This document shows, one piece after another, positions 6,916 to 17,333 of a stretch of 27,371 nucleotides of DNA; position 1 is the stretch's first letter; each line of letters begins with the position of its first letter. Location of the stretch: the IMG/VR virus record IMGVR_UViG_2617270978_000023; one strand, given 5' to 3'. Both the position numbers and the translations under genes were made by a program. The notes beneath the pieces are model-generated. The model had not been told where the DNA came from. It made no database searches and saw only the letters and a program-made list of their open reading frames with translations. Source of the DNA: a virus (taxonomy: Duplodnaviria; Heunggongvirae; Uroviricota; Caudoviricetes).

Positions 6916-9900
6916 TTAATCCACTCCCACTTTTTTGTTGTACTCGCGGTTAAAGCGATCCACGGCAACCTTCATATCCCGCTCTACCGATTTCACCATC
7001 GCCGCCTGCTGCGCCAGACTGAGAGAACTGTCGGCATAAATGGCATCGCGCTGTTTGCGCAAATCCTTCAGTCTCTTCCGGGTATCCTGCATAAGCCCGT
7101 TCATCAACAATTTTCCGTTGTTCTCGTCAATGAACGCCGTTCTTTCTGCACCGGTCAGACTCTTCAGCTCTGCGTGATACTGCGCAACCTCTGTCATCCG
7201 GTCGTACATCTTCTGCTGGTCTGCATACGGCATCACCTCACCCGAAATTTTCCCCAGGAAGGGCACCTGCTGCTCCGGTATATCAATACCGTTCAGCGAT
7301 TTCACCGCCGCATCTGTGGTTTTGGAAATGAAGCGCCCTGTCCCTCCGGAGATATAGTCAATCCAGAATTTCAGCGATTCCGGTGTGATATCCACCGCGC
7401 CGGGACGATACTGGCTGCCACCTGAGAACGCATTCAGCCAGGATGCAAACGCCTTGTACGCCTCAGGCGTTGAACGTCTGCCCAGTTGGCTGTCCGGTTT
7501 CGGTGTGCCAAATGGCATGTTCTCCTGGTAAATCTGCGCCCCCATGAAGTTTTCATTCATGGCAAGGTTCGCAAACGGACGCAGAATGGTCGGCGCTGCA
7601 TTTTTCAGCAATGCCCCGGACAGTGTTTCCGACGTTTCACTGCCCACAGGACTGAATGCCCCCAGGATACCACCGACAACATTACCGGCAGCACGTGAAG
7701 CAGTCAGGTCGCCCGCTGCCACACCTTCAGCAGTATGCCCGAGCAGGAAGAAAACGTTGTACCCGTAAGGCAGAGGAATACTCCAGTACTCTCCGGCCTT
7801 GCCCCCGAACACCGATTTCATAATGACGAGGTTACGCTCTTTCACATGAGACGGCACCTTGTCATACCAGTTAACCCCGTCATCATCCTCCCCCGCAACA
7901 CTGCGGTTAAGCGAGCCAAGCAGATAACCCGCTCCCACAGCTGCAAGCGCGATTTTCTGCGGTACATTGAGATTCTTCCAGCGAAGGCGCTCCGGTAACG
8001 GCCCGTCGCCATTAAGATGTCCGAGCGTTCTCACCAGGTTTGCGGTCCCCTGAATGCTGGCGTTGGCAAACATATACAGCGAGTTCATCAGCGCTCCCTG
8101 CTCACCACGACGGTTAAAGTTCACCGTCATGTTTTTGGCAAGAGATGCCGCCTGCTGGCGTGACAAACCGGCATCACGGGCGTGTTTATAGGCAGAAAGA
8201 CGCAGAGCGTTTTCAACCGCGCCGTTGGCATCCTCGACCAGGTTCAGGAACGAATGCCATGCACCGATACTCTGGCCTTTCCATCCTCCCTTCGCCAGCG
8301 ATACAAGGCGATCCATTTCCTTCTGCTGGCCTTCAAGGTCACCCATGTTAAACCAGCCGGTTTTACCTCCATCCTCAACAAACTCTTTCCACACCTTCTG
8401 CCACTGCGCACCGTTGCCCGTGAGGGTTTTACCACGCAGACTGGCGTATACGGCAGACATGGCAGACCGGCTGTCTTTCACCACAGCCAGGGCGGATAAG
8501 TTATCCAGCACTTTCAGTTTACCGTCGCTCCTTCCCTGCTCAGCCTTCAGGTTCATCACCGCCGTCTGCACGTCACGGATGAAGTTACTGACCAGAAATT
8601 CCGGGTTATACGACGTGTTCACCGTTGCCAGGAAACGGTTAACTTTCCCCAGCGTACGGATTACGGCGTTACTGGTTTCCGGCCCCATGTTCTTCATCGC
8701 ACGCATCAGGCGCGGGTCATGGAGTTTGATGTAGTAAGTTTTGCCGTCCTTTTTGGTGGTGAAGTAGCGATCCGCCATCATTGCCATAGGCACCGGACGT
8801 TCAACAACTTCGCGACGGGTTTCGCCGGTTTCCGGATCAACACGCTCTGCAATCGCCCGCATGGTGTCCGGTTTGTCATCAGTGAATACCTGCCAGTAAT
8901 CCTTATCGGGATTATCCTGCACCAGTTTCAGGAAGGCGTTACCCACTTCGTTTTTGCGATTGCGGATCAGCGATTCGCTCAAATCCTGTATCGCCTGAGT
9001 GGAAGGAGACTGTGCGCGGGATGCACGCCCCATGGCCTGCCTGCTTTCACGTCCGCCGATGGTGAAGCCCTTACCTGTACGGGGCAGTGACACCACACCG
9101 TCAACATCCTGACCTTTCAGGGGAACGTAGTAACGGTAGGCGTTCTGCCAGGCATCCACCACACCGCTCTCTTCCAGTCCGGCCTCACGGATAAGCTCAC
9201 GGCGACGGGCCAGCATATCGTCAACAATCCCTGCCAGACGGTCATACTGTGCCTGTTTGCCACTGTTACGCACACGCTGCATGATTTCCGCCGCTTCCGC
9301 GTTGGTCATCCCCGAACCGCCGTCCGGCATTTTCGGGTTGATTTTCGCGATATGCGCGTTACGTTCCGGCGCGTGACGGGCGTAGAGGTACTCATCCAGA
9401 TCGGCCTGCGCAATTTTGTAGTCCGCCAGTAATTTAGCCAGTGGCTGAACGTAGCGCTCCTTCATCACGTTCAGGTCGTTTTCCGCCTTCCCGTGGAAGA
9501 GTTCTTCCGCCATATAAGCGTTGTTACTGTCGTCTATTTTTCCGCCAGTTTTACGGATATTCTCCTGAACAGCTTTCAGCACCTGGAATTTATCCTGCAT
9601 CTGGCGCACAAAACGCGATGCAATTGTCTCTTCCGGTGTCAGACTGCTGGTACGGGAGTAATACGGCCCCTTGCGAATATCTTCAGGATAGAGTATTTTA
9701 TCTACAGAGCCGCGATAAGAACGCTCCTCTTTGGGCAATTGGAGCCCACTGTACTGAGGGTTATCGCGGCTTAATTTCTCCTTCCGGTAAAGCGTTAATC
9801 CAGCCATTTCCATACTTTTCAGCTTTTTCCCGTTTTCCGTACCGTAAACAGATGCCACCTTGTTAATTTCCAGACGTTTATCTGTCGCCTTCATATGCAC

Positions 9901-12900
9901 TGCCGAGACGACCGGATCACCATTTTTATCCACAGCATCAAGCAGCATCACAACCGCATTTCTTTCTGTCGCGGAACGGTAAATTGCATCCGGATTGTGC
10001 ATCAGTTCCGGAAGTCTCTCGATAACATCCATTGGCACCACATGTTTCACGCCATTGGTAGCCTTCCGCACAGTGTCGCGGGAGATAACCAGCGGCAAAT
10101 CTGGTGCGCCAAGGTGGCGCAATACCGGCGGCGTACGCCCGATGTTTGCAGTCATTGCACCAGAACGTAACGACTTCATCATTCTGGCAAGGTCATCACG
10201 ATAACGCTCGCCCTCACCTTCCGGCACTTTGAACGGATCAGGCTTACCGCTACGGGAGTACTGAGACGATGCGCCAGCGCCATCCTCACGCGGCGTGTAA
10301 CCTTCCCGCACACGCTGGCCTAACGTGCGAATAGTTTCGCGAACAAGTCTGATATCGTTCAGCTCTGTCGGCTTCAGTAACCCCGTGCGACGCAGTACCC
10401 CTTTGACCAGGGCAACAACACGCTCCCACGCCGCCACAAATTTATTCGGCTGTTTCTCCGCCATATGTGCCAGAAATTCACCTGCCTGCACTTCCGGTGA
10501 TTCCTTACCATAAGACGCATCAACCTTACGCCAGGCGTCACGGATGGTGGCGTTATCACTGTCACGGGTTTTCAGTACGGTCTTAATAATCGTCTGATAT
10601 TCCGCTGGCGTGACTACATGCTCCATTGCATGGTGGATAATCTCGTGACGCAGCTTCTCGCGAACGGTCCGCCCGTCAGGAATGTTATCCGCCACCAGGA
10701 CAATTTCACGTTTATCCGGACGATAGAACGCATGCACCCTGCCGTAACCGTCGAACGATTCCCCCGCCAGCGCTTCAGCCTCTTTCTGTGACTTCACCAC
10801 GCGGACCTTCAGGTCACTGTCCTTAATGCCACTCATCACGCCACGGGCAACCGCTTCAACCTGCGGGACCGGGCTGCCTTTGGCTTCCGCACTGCGGTTA
10901 ACATCCGAAATGAGATTGCCTTCAGGTGTGCGGGTCACGCCCTTACGGGAATAAAACGCAACGCCCTTGTCCGTCTTACGGGTTTTCAGCGTACTGAACA
11001 GGTGATCGAATGCATCACGAATACCGCCATCCAGTTCCGCATTCGTCGGATAAGCCCAGGTGTTATCTGTGTTGTGCTCAGGTGCCTTACGGATATTGAC
11101 CAGATAATCATTCTCCACGCCAGCCGTACGCGCTTTATCCTGAACATAACGCTCAAAGGCACGCGCCGCCATTTCAACATCCGTTGACCAGTACGGTTTT
11201 GAGCGCACCTCATCGAGAAGCGCTGAACGACGCGGCATGTCACTGCTGTTGATCGCTTTCATCACGCCTTTAAACGCGTCGTAAACCTCCTGACGTACCG
11301 GATATTCCGCATAAACATATCTGCCGTCTTTAAATACGCGCCCGGCACGCTGTGCTTCCGTCATATAGTCGCCACCTGACGTGATCTTCCCGTCAGTGGA
11401 AACATCATAACGACCAAAATAATTATCCAGTGAATGGAACCATTCGTGGGCCAGCGCCCCCGGTCCGTTACCTTTTGTCAGGTTGATTGCCACCTCACCC
11501 GGCTCATAGTGTGCCGCCGCCTTACCCTTACCACGGGCACCAAAAGCAAGCCCAAGACGACCGTTCAGAGAAAGCGCTTTTGTCGGCACGTTCAGCACAT
11601 CAGCCAGGTCATGCAGCGAGTCATAAGCCCGGTTCAAATCAGCCTGACGACGCGGACCTTCCACATAATTACCAAACTGCACACCACGAAAACCAAACGC
11701 ATCGCTGAACTGCTTCGGTGAGACATCACCCTTGCGGCGTTCTGGCCCGGTACGATCGCGGTTGGTGGCGTTACGCTGCTCCTCACGGGAAATCTCACGC
11801 ATCTCCTTCACATGACGAACAAGCTCATCACGATGTGAATCAATGTACTTACGCGCATCACTGGCTGACTTAAAGCCACCTCTCACCCGCATTTTGTTTT
11901 TGCCGTAAGCAATAAAAATATCGCCACTGCGGGTATTCCGGTATACGTCAAAGCTGATTTTGTCATCCGGTGACGGTGCTGTTTTTTCATCACCTTTCGC
12001 CTGTGATTTTTCCTCCTGCTCTGCAAACCAGGCTTTTGCCTTTGTCAGTAATTCATCCCTGCTTTCCGAGAAAAAGAGATTGCTCCCCTTATTGTCCTTA
12101 TTGCGCAGTGAATAAAGTTTCCGTGGCGGATCGTAACGTTTCCCTCCTGCCGCCTGATACACACCGGATACCACCCGATAAGCAGAAGCCTTGTCTATCT
12201 GCGAGGGTGGCAGCGTGCGTAACAGTTGCCATGTGTCCGCGTAACGGGCGGGCATTCTGCCTTCCATCCACTCAGCAAGCCGTCCGGCAGTCACTTTTCC
12301 TTCCAGCATTCCCGCCACACTTGTGCGGATGCTCTTTACACTCTCCACCCACTTCACTGCATTGAGTTTCGTCTTCGCCGGAATATCGCTACGATACAGC
12401 GCTATCATTGCCAGGGTATCAGCATCGGCACCTTCGTTCGCCAGTTTTGCGTAGTCCGGTTTCGGGAACACTTTGCTCAGCGGCTGCGTGAAATAATCCC
12501 TGTCTTCCAGCGTTTTACCCAGTGTTTCGGCAAGCTGTGCATAACGGTGTTTTGCCGCGCCCTTAATCTCCTCGCCAAAGTCTTCAATTTTTGCACCACG
12601 CGCCTGCTGGTGAGTGCTCGGTTTATCTACCGGCACCGGCACCTCAGTATCCGGAACATCGGTTATGGTCTGGCGATTATCCCCGGTCTGTCTGCGTGCT
12701 TCTGCCTGCTGTGCCAGTTCCGGAAGGGAGTCACGAACCATACGAGGGAGTGATTCAGGATGTGGCATATCAACCCCACGCTGTTCAGGTGCAGGAAGTC
12801 CTTCACGCACTGGTGCTGTGGCGTTCTGCTCATCCGGTGACGGCAGACCACGACGAACCGGTTCGCTCTCCAGTATTTCCCCCTGGCGACCAGCGGCATT

Positions 12901-15279
12901 TTCCGGTGCCTGCGCACGTCCTTTCTGGAAACTCTGGCCCTTCACCTCACCGGTTGTGGTAAAACGACCACCACGTCCGGCCTGATTTTCATCCGGCGTA
13001 CGCGCCACTTCTCCTGGTAACGGATATCCCTGTCCGGGATGAATATCGCCGGGAGCGGGAAGGCGTGGACGCTCAGTTAACTCCTGTGCTGTCGGACCGG
13101 CATCACCTTCAGCCATCTGTGAACGTACAAGCTCCTCTGCCGTCGGCGCGTTGCCACGGGCAAGGCGGGCCTGCACTTCTGTATCATCCCCCGTGAAACC
13201 ACGGAATCGCGGGTCACGCATGAACGCGGGCTGCTCCATCGGTTCAGCATCAGCAATACGCTCTCCGTCAGCCAGGGTGTTAATGGTCTCCGTTGCCACA
13301 TCTTCAGAGAACGCAGGATTATCCATTTCAACGGCATACTGATTCTCGCCTTTCTTCACTACGGACGGTTTCAGGCCGGTGGCGCTGGCATTGCGGAAAA
13401 CGTCGCTCCCCAGAGCACTTTTTTCATCCGTGAAATAACGGTTGTCCGGACGCACCTTTTCAATGCGTTCTGCTGGTCTGGACGCACCACTCCCGTTAAT
13501 TTCAATACGAACTTCATCCGGATCGCGGAACCGCACCGTCGGGTAAATACTCCCGTCGCCATCATCCGCATTTTCCGGCTGTGGCTGTGCCTCCGGTCTG
13601 GCCTCCTGCTGAGGGCGAAGCACATCACGGATAGCCTGTAACTGCTGCTCTTCAGTATCAGTACGCCCTTCCTTCAGGCTGAGTTTTCGGTATTCCTCAA
13701 GCAGTTCAGGGCGCGGCTTCGCCTTCAGCTCATCCATCACCGCCTGTCGCTTCGCCTGTTCATCCAGTTCATTTAACAGCTGGCTGGCGGCTTCCCGGCG
13801 ATGAACGGCAGACGTGTCTCCCTCAGGTGCCATATCCGCATCAGCATACTGTTCCAGAAGTTGCTCGCGATTCATGCCCTGCATGGATTCGCGATGCTGT
13901 GCCACCGGATCAGCCGGTTCGGGTTGCGGGGCTGCTTCACCCTGCTGTACGACTTCAGCCTCACGCATGGCGGTTTCTTCTGCGGCCTGACGTTTTCCAC
14001 GATATCCGGCAACCGCACCGAACGGTGCGCCCATCGCAGCACCAAGGGCTGCACCTTCGATCGTTGCGTCAGCCACGCCCTCCCACGGTGACACATCCAT
14101 TCCGGCGGTCTCACGCAATGCCGTGTTTTCCTGATAGCGTGAATAGCCACCCTGCGCCGCATTAATCGTCCCCTGTTCCGTGGCATTTCTGACAATGCCG
14201 CTTTTAACGGTCTTCGCCGTGCCCCGCATCGCCAGATTAAACAACTGAGCATCGCCCAGTTTTGCCGCCATGGCATTCACAGCCAGCAATTCAGGATCGG
14301 TTGCCAGCTGCGCGCGCACCTCATCGGCAACACGCTCTTTTGCCAGATCCATTTTCTGGCGATCAGTAAGCTGTGCGTGCTGCGGATCTGCATCAATTGA
14401 CAAAAACGTCTGCTGAAATTTCGGGGACTTCGCCAGCTCAGAGTAATCCGCGTTAAGAACAGAGTCTGCTGCTGCCATTGCACTCTGCCCCTGTGCGCTG
14501 GCTGAGGAATGGGTGATCAGGCCTGCCTGGAATAAATCCGGCATTTTTTTATCGACAGCTTCTGCTGCCAGTGCGGTAGCTCTTTCCGGCTGCATCCCTG
14601 CCGCAATGTATTTTTTCTCCAGCCCGGCGGTCAGCACTTTTCGCAGAGTGACTTCACCCAGCTTTTTAGTCACACCGCCTGCAACCATATCCGGTACAAG
14701 CGCACCAATCAGGTTTACGCCCTTCGCCACCCAGACCGCAGAATCATCATATCCTTCAGTCATCGGTGTATTCAGCGCCCGCTGCGCCCCCGGCGACATC
14801 TTGCCAGTCAGCCATTCATCCGAGGCTTTAGCGCCGCCACTGACTGCCTTGCCTGTGACCTTCAGACCTTTACCGACAGTATCAGTAACCGCATTTTTTC
14901 CATCAGGCAGAGTGTCGATGACCTCATCCGCCCCCTTGCTGCCACCGACAAAAATATCCTGAACAGTTGCGACTCCCGGCAGCCCCATACGGCTGAACTC
15001 ATTTAAAATACGCGCTCCTGTTTTTACCGGGCTCTGAATCATCGCATCACCGAGTCCACGGGCCATTTCCCCTGCCCCCCGGACGGACTGGGCGACACCT
15101 TTCCCCATAGTTGGCAATACATCGCCCAGGCTGAACGACGTGCTGTTGTCCTTCCAGCGATTGGGATCGGAGAAAAACGCATCATAGCTGTCAGTCTCGC
15201 CCGGCTGCTGAATGTTCAGGCTGTTGCGGTTCTGGTTGCCAAATTGCGCTTCAGGGCGCTGTTCATCGGAATAAGCCAT
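6916..15279 (-). CDS. Giant 2787-aa phage protein with two HExxH zinc-peptidase-like motifs; candidate polyvalent or injected virion protein
   Basis: Uninterrupted 8.4-kb ORF. Contains HEWFH at 11434-11448 (about aa 1278) and HEIIHHAMEH at 10618-10647 (about aa 1545). The N-terminal 430 aa are Gly/Ala-rich; about aa 430-860 are Pro/Gln/Glu-rich low complexity. Antisense ORFs across it are short. Confidence 0.85.
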   Translation of the reverse strand: MAYSDEQRPEAQFGNQNRNSLNIQQPGETDSYDAFFSDPNRWKDNSTSFSLGDVLPTMGKGVAQSVRGAGEMARGLGDAMIQSPVKTGARILNEFSRMGLPGVATVQDIFVGGSKGADEVIDTLPDGKNAVTDTVGKGLKVTGKAVSGGAKASDEWLTGKMSPGAQRALNTPMTEGYDDSAVWVAKGVNLIGALVPDMVAGGVTKKLGEVTLRKVLTAGLEKKYIAAGMQPERATALAAEAVDKKMPDLFQAGLITHSSASAQGQSAMAAADSVLNADYSELAKSPKFQQTFLSIDADPQHAQLTDRQKMDLAKERVADEVRAQLATDPELLAVNAMAAKLGDAQLFNLAMRGTAKTVKSGIVRNATEQGTINAAQGGYSRYQENTALRETAGMDVSPWEGVADATIEGAALGAAMGAPFGAVAGYRGKRQAAEETAMREAEVVQQGEAAPQPEPADPVAQHRESMQGMNREQLLEQYADADMAPEGDTSAVHRREAASQLLNELDEQAKRQAVMDELKAKPRPELLEEYRKLSLKEGRTDTEEQQLQAIRDVLRPQQEARPEAQPQPENADDGDGSIYPTVRFRDPDEVRIEINGSGASRPAERIEKVRPDNRYFTDEKSALGSDVFRNASATGLKPSVVKKGENQYAVEMDNPAFSEDVATETINTLADGERIADAEPMEQPAFMRDPRFRGFTGDDTEVQARLARGNAPTAEELVRSQMAEGDAGPTAQELTERPRLPAPGDIHPGQGYPLPGEVARTPDENQAGRGGRFTTTGEVKGQSFQKGRAQAPENAAGRQGEILESEPVRRGLPSPDEQNATAPVREGLPAPEQRGVDMPHPESLPRMVRDSLPELAQQAEARRQTGDNRQTITDVPDTEVPVPVDKPSTHQQARGAKIEDFGEEIKGAAKHRYAQLAETLGKTLEDRDYFTQPLSKVFPKPDYAKLANEGADADTLAMIALYRSDIPAKTKLNAVKWVESVKSIRTSVAGMLEGKVTAGRLAEWMEGRMPARYADTWQLLRTLPPSQIDKASAYRVVSGVYQAAGGKRYDPPRKLYSLRNKDNKGSNLFFSESRDELLTKAKAWFAEQEEKSQAKGDEKTAPSPDDKISFDVYRNTRSGDIFIAYGKNKMRVRGGFKSASDARKYIDSHRDELVRHVKEMREISREEQRNATNRDRTGPERRKGDVSPKQFSDAFGFRGVQFGNYVEGPRRQADLNRAYDSLHDLADVLNVPTKALSLNGRLGLAFGARGKGKAAAHYEPGEVAINLTKGNGPGALAHEWFHSLDNYFGRYDVSTDGKITSGGDYMTEAQRAGRVFKDGRYVYAEYPVRQEVYDAFKGVMKAINSSDMPRRSALLDEVRSKPYWSTDVEMAARAFERYVQDKARTAGVENDYLVNIRKAPEHNTDNTWAYPTNAELDGGIRDAFDHLFSTLKTRKTDKGVAFYSRKGVTRTPEGNLISDVNRSAEAKGSPVPQVEAVARGVMSGIKDSDLKVRVVKSQKEAEALAGESFDGYGRVHAFYRPDKREIVLVADNIPDGRTVREKLRHEIIHHAMEHVVTPAEYQTIIKTVLKTRDSDNATIRDAWRKVDASYGKESPEVQAGEFLAHMAEKQPNKFVAAWERVVALVKGVLRRTGLLKPTELNDIRLVRETIRTLGQRVREGYTPREDGAGASSQYSRSGKPDPFKVPEGEGERYRDDLARMMKSLRSGAMTANIGRTPPVLRHLGAPDLPLVISRDTVRKATNGVKHVVPMDVIERLPELMHNPDAIYRSATERNAVVMLLDAVDKNGDPVVSAVHMKATDKRLEINKVASVYGTENGKKLKSMEMAGLTLYRKEKLSRDNPQYSGLQLPKEERSYRGSVDKILYPEDIRKGPYYSRTSSLTPEETIASRFVRQMQDKFQVLKAVQENIRKTGGKIDDSNNAYMAEELFHGKAENDLNVMKERYVQPLAKLLADYKIAQADLDEYLYARHAPERNAHIAKINPKMPDGGSGMTNAEAAEIMQRVRNSGKQAQYDRLAGIVDDMLARRRELIREAGLEESGVVDAWQNAYRYYVPLKGQDVDGVVSLPRTGKGFTIGGRESRQAMGRASRAQSPSTQAIQDLSESLIRNRKNEVGNAFLKLVQDNPDKDYWQVFTDDKPDTMRAIAERVDPETGETRREVVERPVPMAMMADRYFTTKKDGKTYYIKLHDPRLMRAMKNMGPETSNAVIRTLGKVNRFLATVNTSYNPEFLVSNFIRDVQTAVMNLKAEQGRSDGKLKVLDNLSALAVVKDSRSAMSAVYASLRGKTLTGNGAQWQKVWKEFVEDGGKTGWFNMGDLEGQQKEMDRLVSLAKGGWKGQSIGAWHSFLNLVEDANGAVENALRLSAYKHARDAGLSRQQAASLAKNMTVNFNRRGEQGALMNSLYMFANASIQGTANLVRTLGHLNGDGPLPERLRWKNLNVPQKIALAAVGAGYLLGSLNRSVAGEDDDGVNWYDKVPSHVKERNLVIMKSVFGGKAGEYWSIPLPYGYNVFFLLGHTAEGVAAGDLTASRAAGNVVGGILGAFSPVGSETSETLSGALLKNAAPTILRPFANLAMNENFMGAQIYQENMPFGTPKPDSQLGRRSTPEAYKAFASWLNAFSGGSQYRPGAVDITPESLKFWIDYISGGTGRFISKTTDAAVKSLNGIDIPEQQVPFLGKISGEVMPYADQQKMYDRMTEVAQYHAELKSLTGAERTAFIDENNGKLLMNGLMQDTRKRLKDLRKQRDAIYADSSLSLAQQAAMVKSVERDMKVAVDRFNREYNKKVGVD

Positions 15280-15290
15280 ACAGACTCCAT

Positions 15291-15315
15291 AAAAAAACCC
15301 GGCACAATGACCGGG
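15291..15315 (-). terminator. Intrinsic terminator-like hairpin immediately upstream of the giant ORF start
   Basis: Minus-strand reading: stem CCCGGTCATTGTGCCGGG then TTTTTTT, then ggag and the ATG at 15279. Confidence 0.55.
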
Positions 15316-15347
15316 TATCAGGAAATAGTATTAACGGGAATGGTGAA

Positions 15348-16613
15348 TTACTGCGCGTAATTCTGTTTCAGACCACGGATAAACTCAGATGCAGAGGCCG
15401 CACTATCATCTCTGGCCTGTTCCCCCCTGGCCTTTTGAATACGGAGAAAATTCGCATACCCGTTCTCCAGCAATTTCTGATTCTGAGGCTCCAGCATTTC
15501 TGGCTGACGGGAAGCAACTTCTCTGGCGAATGCCTGCTTATCCGGATCATCACCCGCCCAACTGGTAATCCCTTGTTGAATTTTTTGCTGCTGAATTTGC
15601 TGCTGATACTGCGGCAGTCCCATCGAAGCATAATATTGCGTCACTGCTCCCTGCGCATCACCGCCGTCCTGTGCAACCTTTATCGCTACCTGGCTGGCTC
15701 CTTTCTGAAGTTGATCCGCAGAAAGTCCCTGCTGCTTCGGCGTGAAATAGCCGAAATTTTTCGAAATTTCCGCGAATTTACTGCGATCCCTGACAAGCTC
15801 AACAGCCTTATCAACAGGCACCGCCAGCACGGTTTGATCATCAGGATGTGCACTGCCGTATTCCGTAACGGGTTTATGTGCTGTAGAGCCATCACTGTAT
15901 GTGAGATCAAGGCCGATAAGTATGTACCCTTCCTGCTGTGCCGGTACTATACTGCCAATCCTGGCCTCTTTTATCGTCTTTTTCCCGGTTGAATCGGGCA
16001 TGCCAATACGCTGTTGCAGTTCCGGGCCAAACACCCCGGAAAGGACATCAAGATTCTCCGGCGTATTAAGTGAAGCGATAGCCCTGTCCGGCTTGTCATC
16101 AAAGATTTTTTGCAGGTTGTTCACGGCCTGACCCGCTTTCGCTACATAGCCATCATTCGCCATCAGCCTCAGCGGATTACCCTCTGACAACTGGCCGTAA
16201 AGACGCATTGCTGCATCCCGATCGCCAGCATCCACAGCCTTTCCAAGCGCCGCCATCACAGGCTGATCGCGCGCCAGCATATCGTTATACTCAAGCCGTC
16301 GCTGGTTGTATTTCTGCATCCGGAGTCGCTGCTGCTCCATACCCAGCGACGCATTCCGGTAATTCTGGTTGGCGTTAAACTCCCTTTCCTGCAGTGCATA
16401 ATTACGGTCGTCGACTTTGGCTCTGTAATCAAAGTTCCGCTGATCAACGTCTTTATTATGTTCAAACTGCGACTGTGCAAATTCAAAATCGCGCTCGTTA
16501 TTTTTCTGTTGTTGAGCAAGCTGTGCTTCTCGCAAACCAAGTTCCTTACGACGGGTCATTGCCTGGTCAACCGTGCTGAATCCGGCAAGTAAACCCTGTG
16601 CAAATCCGCTCAT
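15348..16613 (-). CDS. Hypothetical phage protein (421 aa), Gln-rich with coiled-coil character
   Basis: Long ORF tightly packed with its neighbours on the same strand; no recognisable motif. Confidence 0.6.
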   Translation of the reverse strand: MSGFAQGLLAGFSTVDQAMTRRKELGLREAQLAQQQKNNERDFEFAQSQFEHNKDVDQRNFDYRAKVDDRNYALQEREFNANQNYRNASLGMEQQRLRMQKYNQRRLEYNDMLARDQPVMAALGKAVDAGDRDAAMRLYGQLSEGNPLRLMANDGYVAKAGQAVNNLQKIFDDKPDRAIASLNTPENLDVLSGVFGPELQQRIGMPDSTGKKTIKEARIGSIVPAQQEGYILIGLDLTYSDGSTAHKPVTEYGSAHPDDQTVLAVPVDKAVELVRDRSKFAEISKNFGYFTPKQQGLSADQLQKGASQVAIKVAQDGGDAQGAVTQYYASMGLPQYQQQIQQQKIQQGITSWAGDDPDKQAFAREVASRQPEMLEPQNQKLLENGYANFLRIQKARGEQARDDSAASASEFIRGLKQNYAQ

Positions 16614-16623
16614 TCACCACTCC

Positions 16624-16875
16624 TTAAAACAAAGAACCAGCAATACCACCTATGACAGCACCAATAGCCGCACCGGGGAGACCACCAACAGCAGCGCCCA
16701 TAGCTGCACCCGTACCAATTCCCGTGCCGATATTCTGTTTGTTCTGCGCTTTCTGTTGCGCCGCCATCTGTTTGTTCGCGGCCTCAATTTCTTCACGTCG
16801 TCTGTCGGCATCACTTATTCCCTGTAATGCCTCACGCCGCGACTGATTCGCAATATCCAGTAAACCGTATCCCAT
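16624..16875 (-). CDS. Small glycine-zipper membrane protein (83 aa)
   Basis: C-terminal GTGIGTGAAMGAAVGGLPGAAIGAVIGGIAGSLF is a GxxxG-rich hydrophobic segment; the start is 11 nt after the upstream gene. Confidence 0.55.
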   Translation of the reverse strand: MGYGLLDIANQSRREALQGISDADRRREEIEAANKQMAAQQKAQNKQNIGTGIGTGAAMGAAVGGLPGAAIGAVIGGIAGSLF

Positions 16876-16884
16876 ATTGCCCCC

Positions 16885-17331
16885 TTACGCTGACACCAGT
16901 TTTCCGCCAACACTCAGTTGTTGTCTTGCAGGTGCAGAAGCCCCCGTCAGTATGTTCATCTGGCGATCCTGCTCTGCTTCACGGATACCATTTTTCGCGC
17001 CAGCAATTGCCAGAGCATTACGCAAACCCAGTGTGTTACTGTTGGGATTATCCGGGCGGCTTACCCCGTATCTCGCCATCTGGTTATCCTGCGCCATCTG
17101 CGCTGTACGGAGACTGGAAGTGGCAAGGCCGCCCACCCGGGCAAGCTGTGCATTCATCAGGCTGTTGTTCTCACCAAGGTCAGCCAGCCTTGCCACGCGG
17201 GGCAAATATCTGGTTCGCCAGTCGTCGTATTGCTGGCGTGTCAGCGCGGCGGATGTCTGCCAGTCCCCCTGTGGGCGGGCTGCGCCTGAATAACCAGCCC
17301 TTGCGAGAGTTTCGTATTTGCCATACTCCAT
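16885..17331 (-). CDS. Hypothetical phage protein (148 aa)
   Basis: ORF in a tightly packed same-strand gene series. Confidence 0.5.
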   Translation of the reverse strand: MEYGKYETLARAGYSGAARPQGDWQTSAALTRQQYDDWRTRYLPRVARLADLGENNSLMNAQLARVGGLATSSLRTAQMAQDNQMARYGVSRPDNPNSNTLGLRNALAIAGAKNGIREAEQDRQMNILTGASAPARQQLSVGGKLVSA

Positions 17332-17333
17332 AA

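Noticed and set aside
6916-7100. GLMQ motif near the C-terminus of the giant protein, suggesting a lytic-transglycosylase domain
   Set aside because: The surrounding sequence lacks the upstream catalytic Glu-Ser context of SLT domains; an isolated tetrapeptide is not enough.
7174-14962. Numerous plus-strand ORFs of 60-175 aa inside the giant minus-strand gene (for example 8225-8734, 12226-12753, 14513-14962)
   Set aside because: All are antisense to one uninterrupted 8.4-kb ORF. Their products are low-complexity and rich in Arg/Pro/Ser/Cys, as expected from reverse-strand translation of GC-rich coding DNA. None has a convincing RBS.
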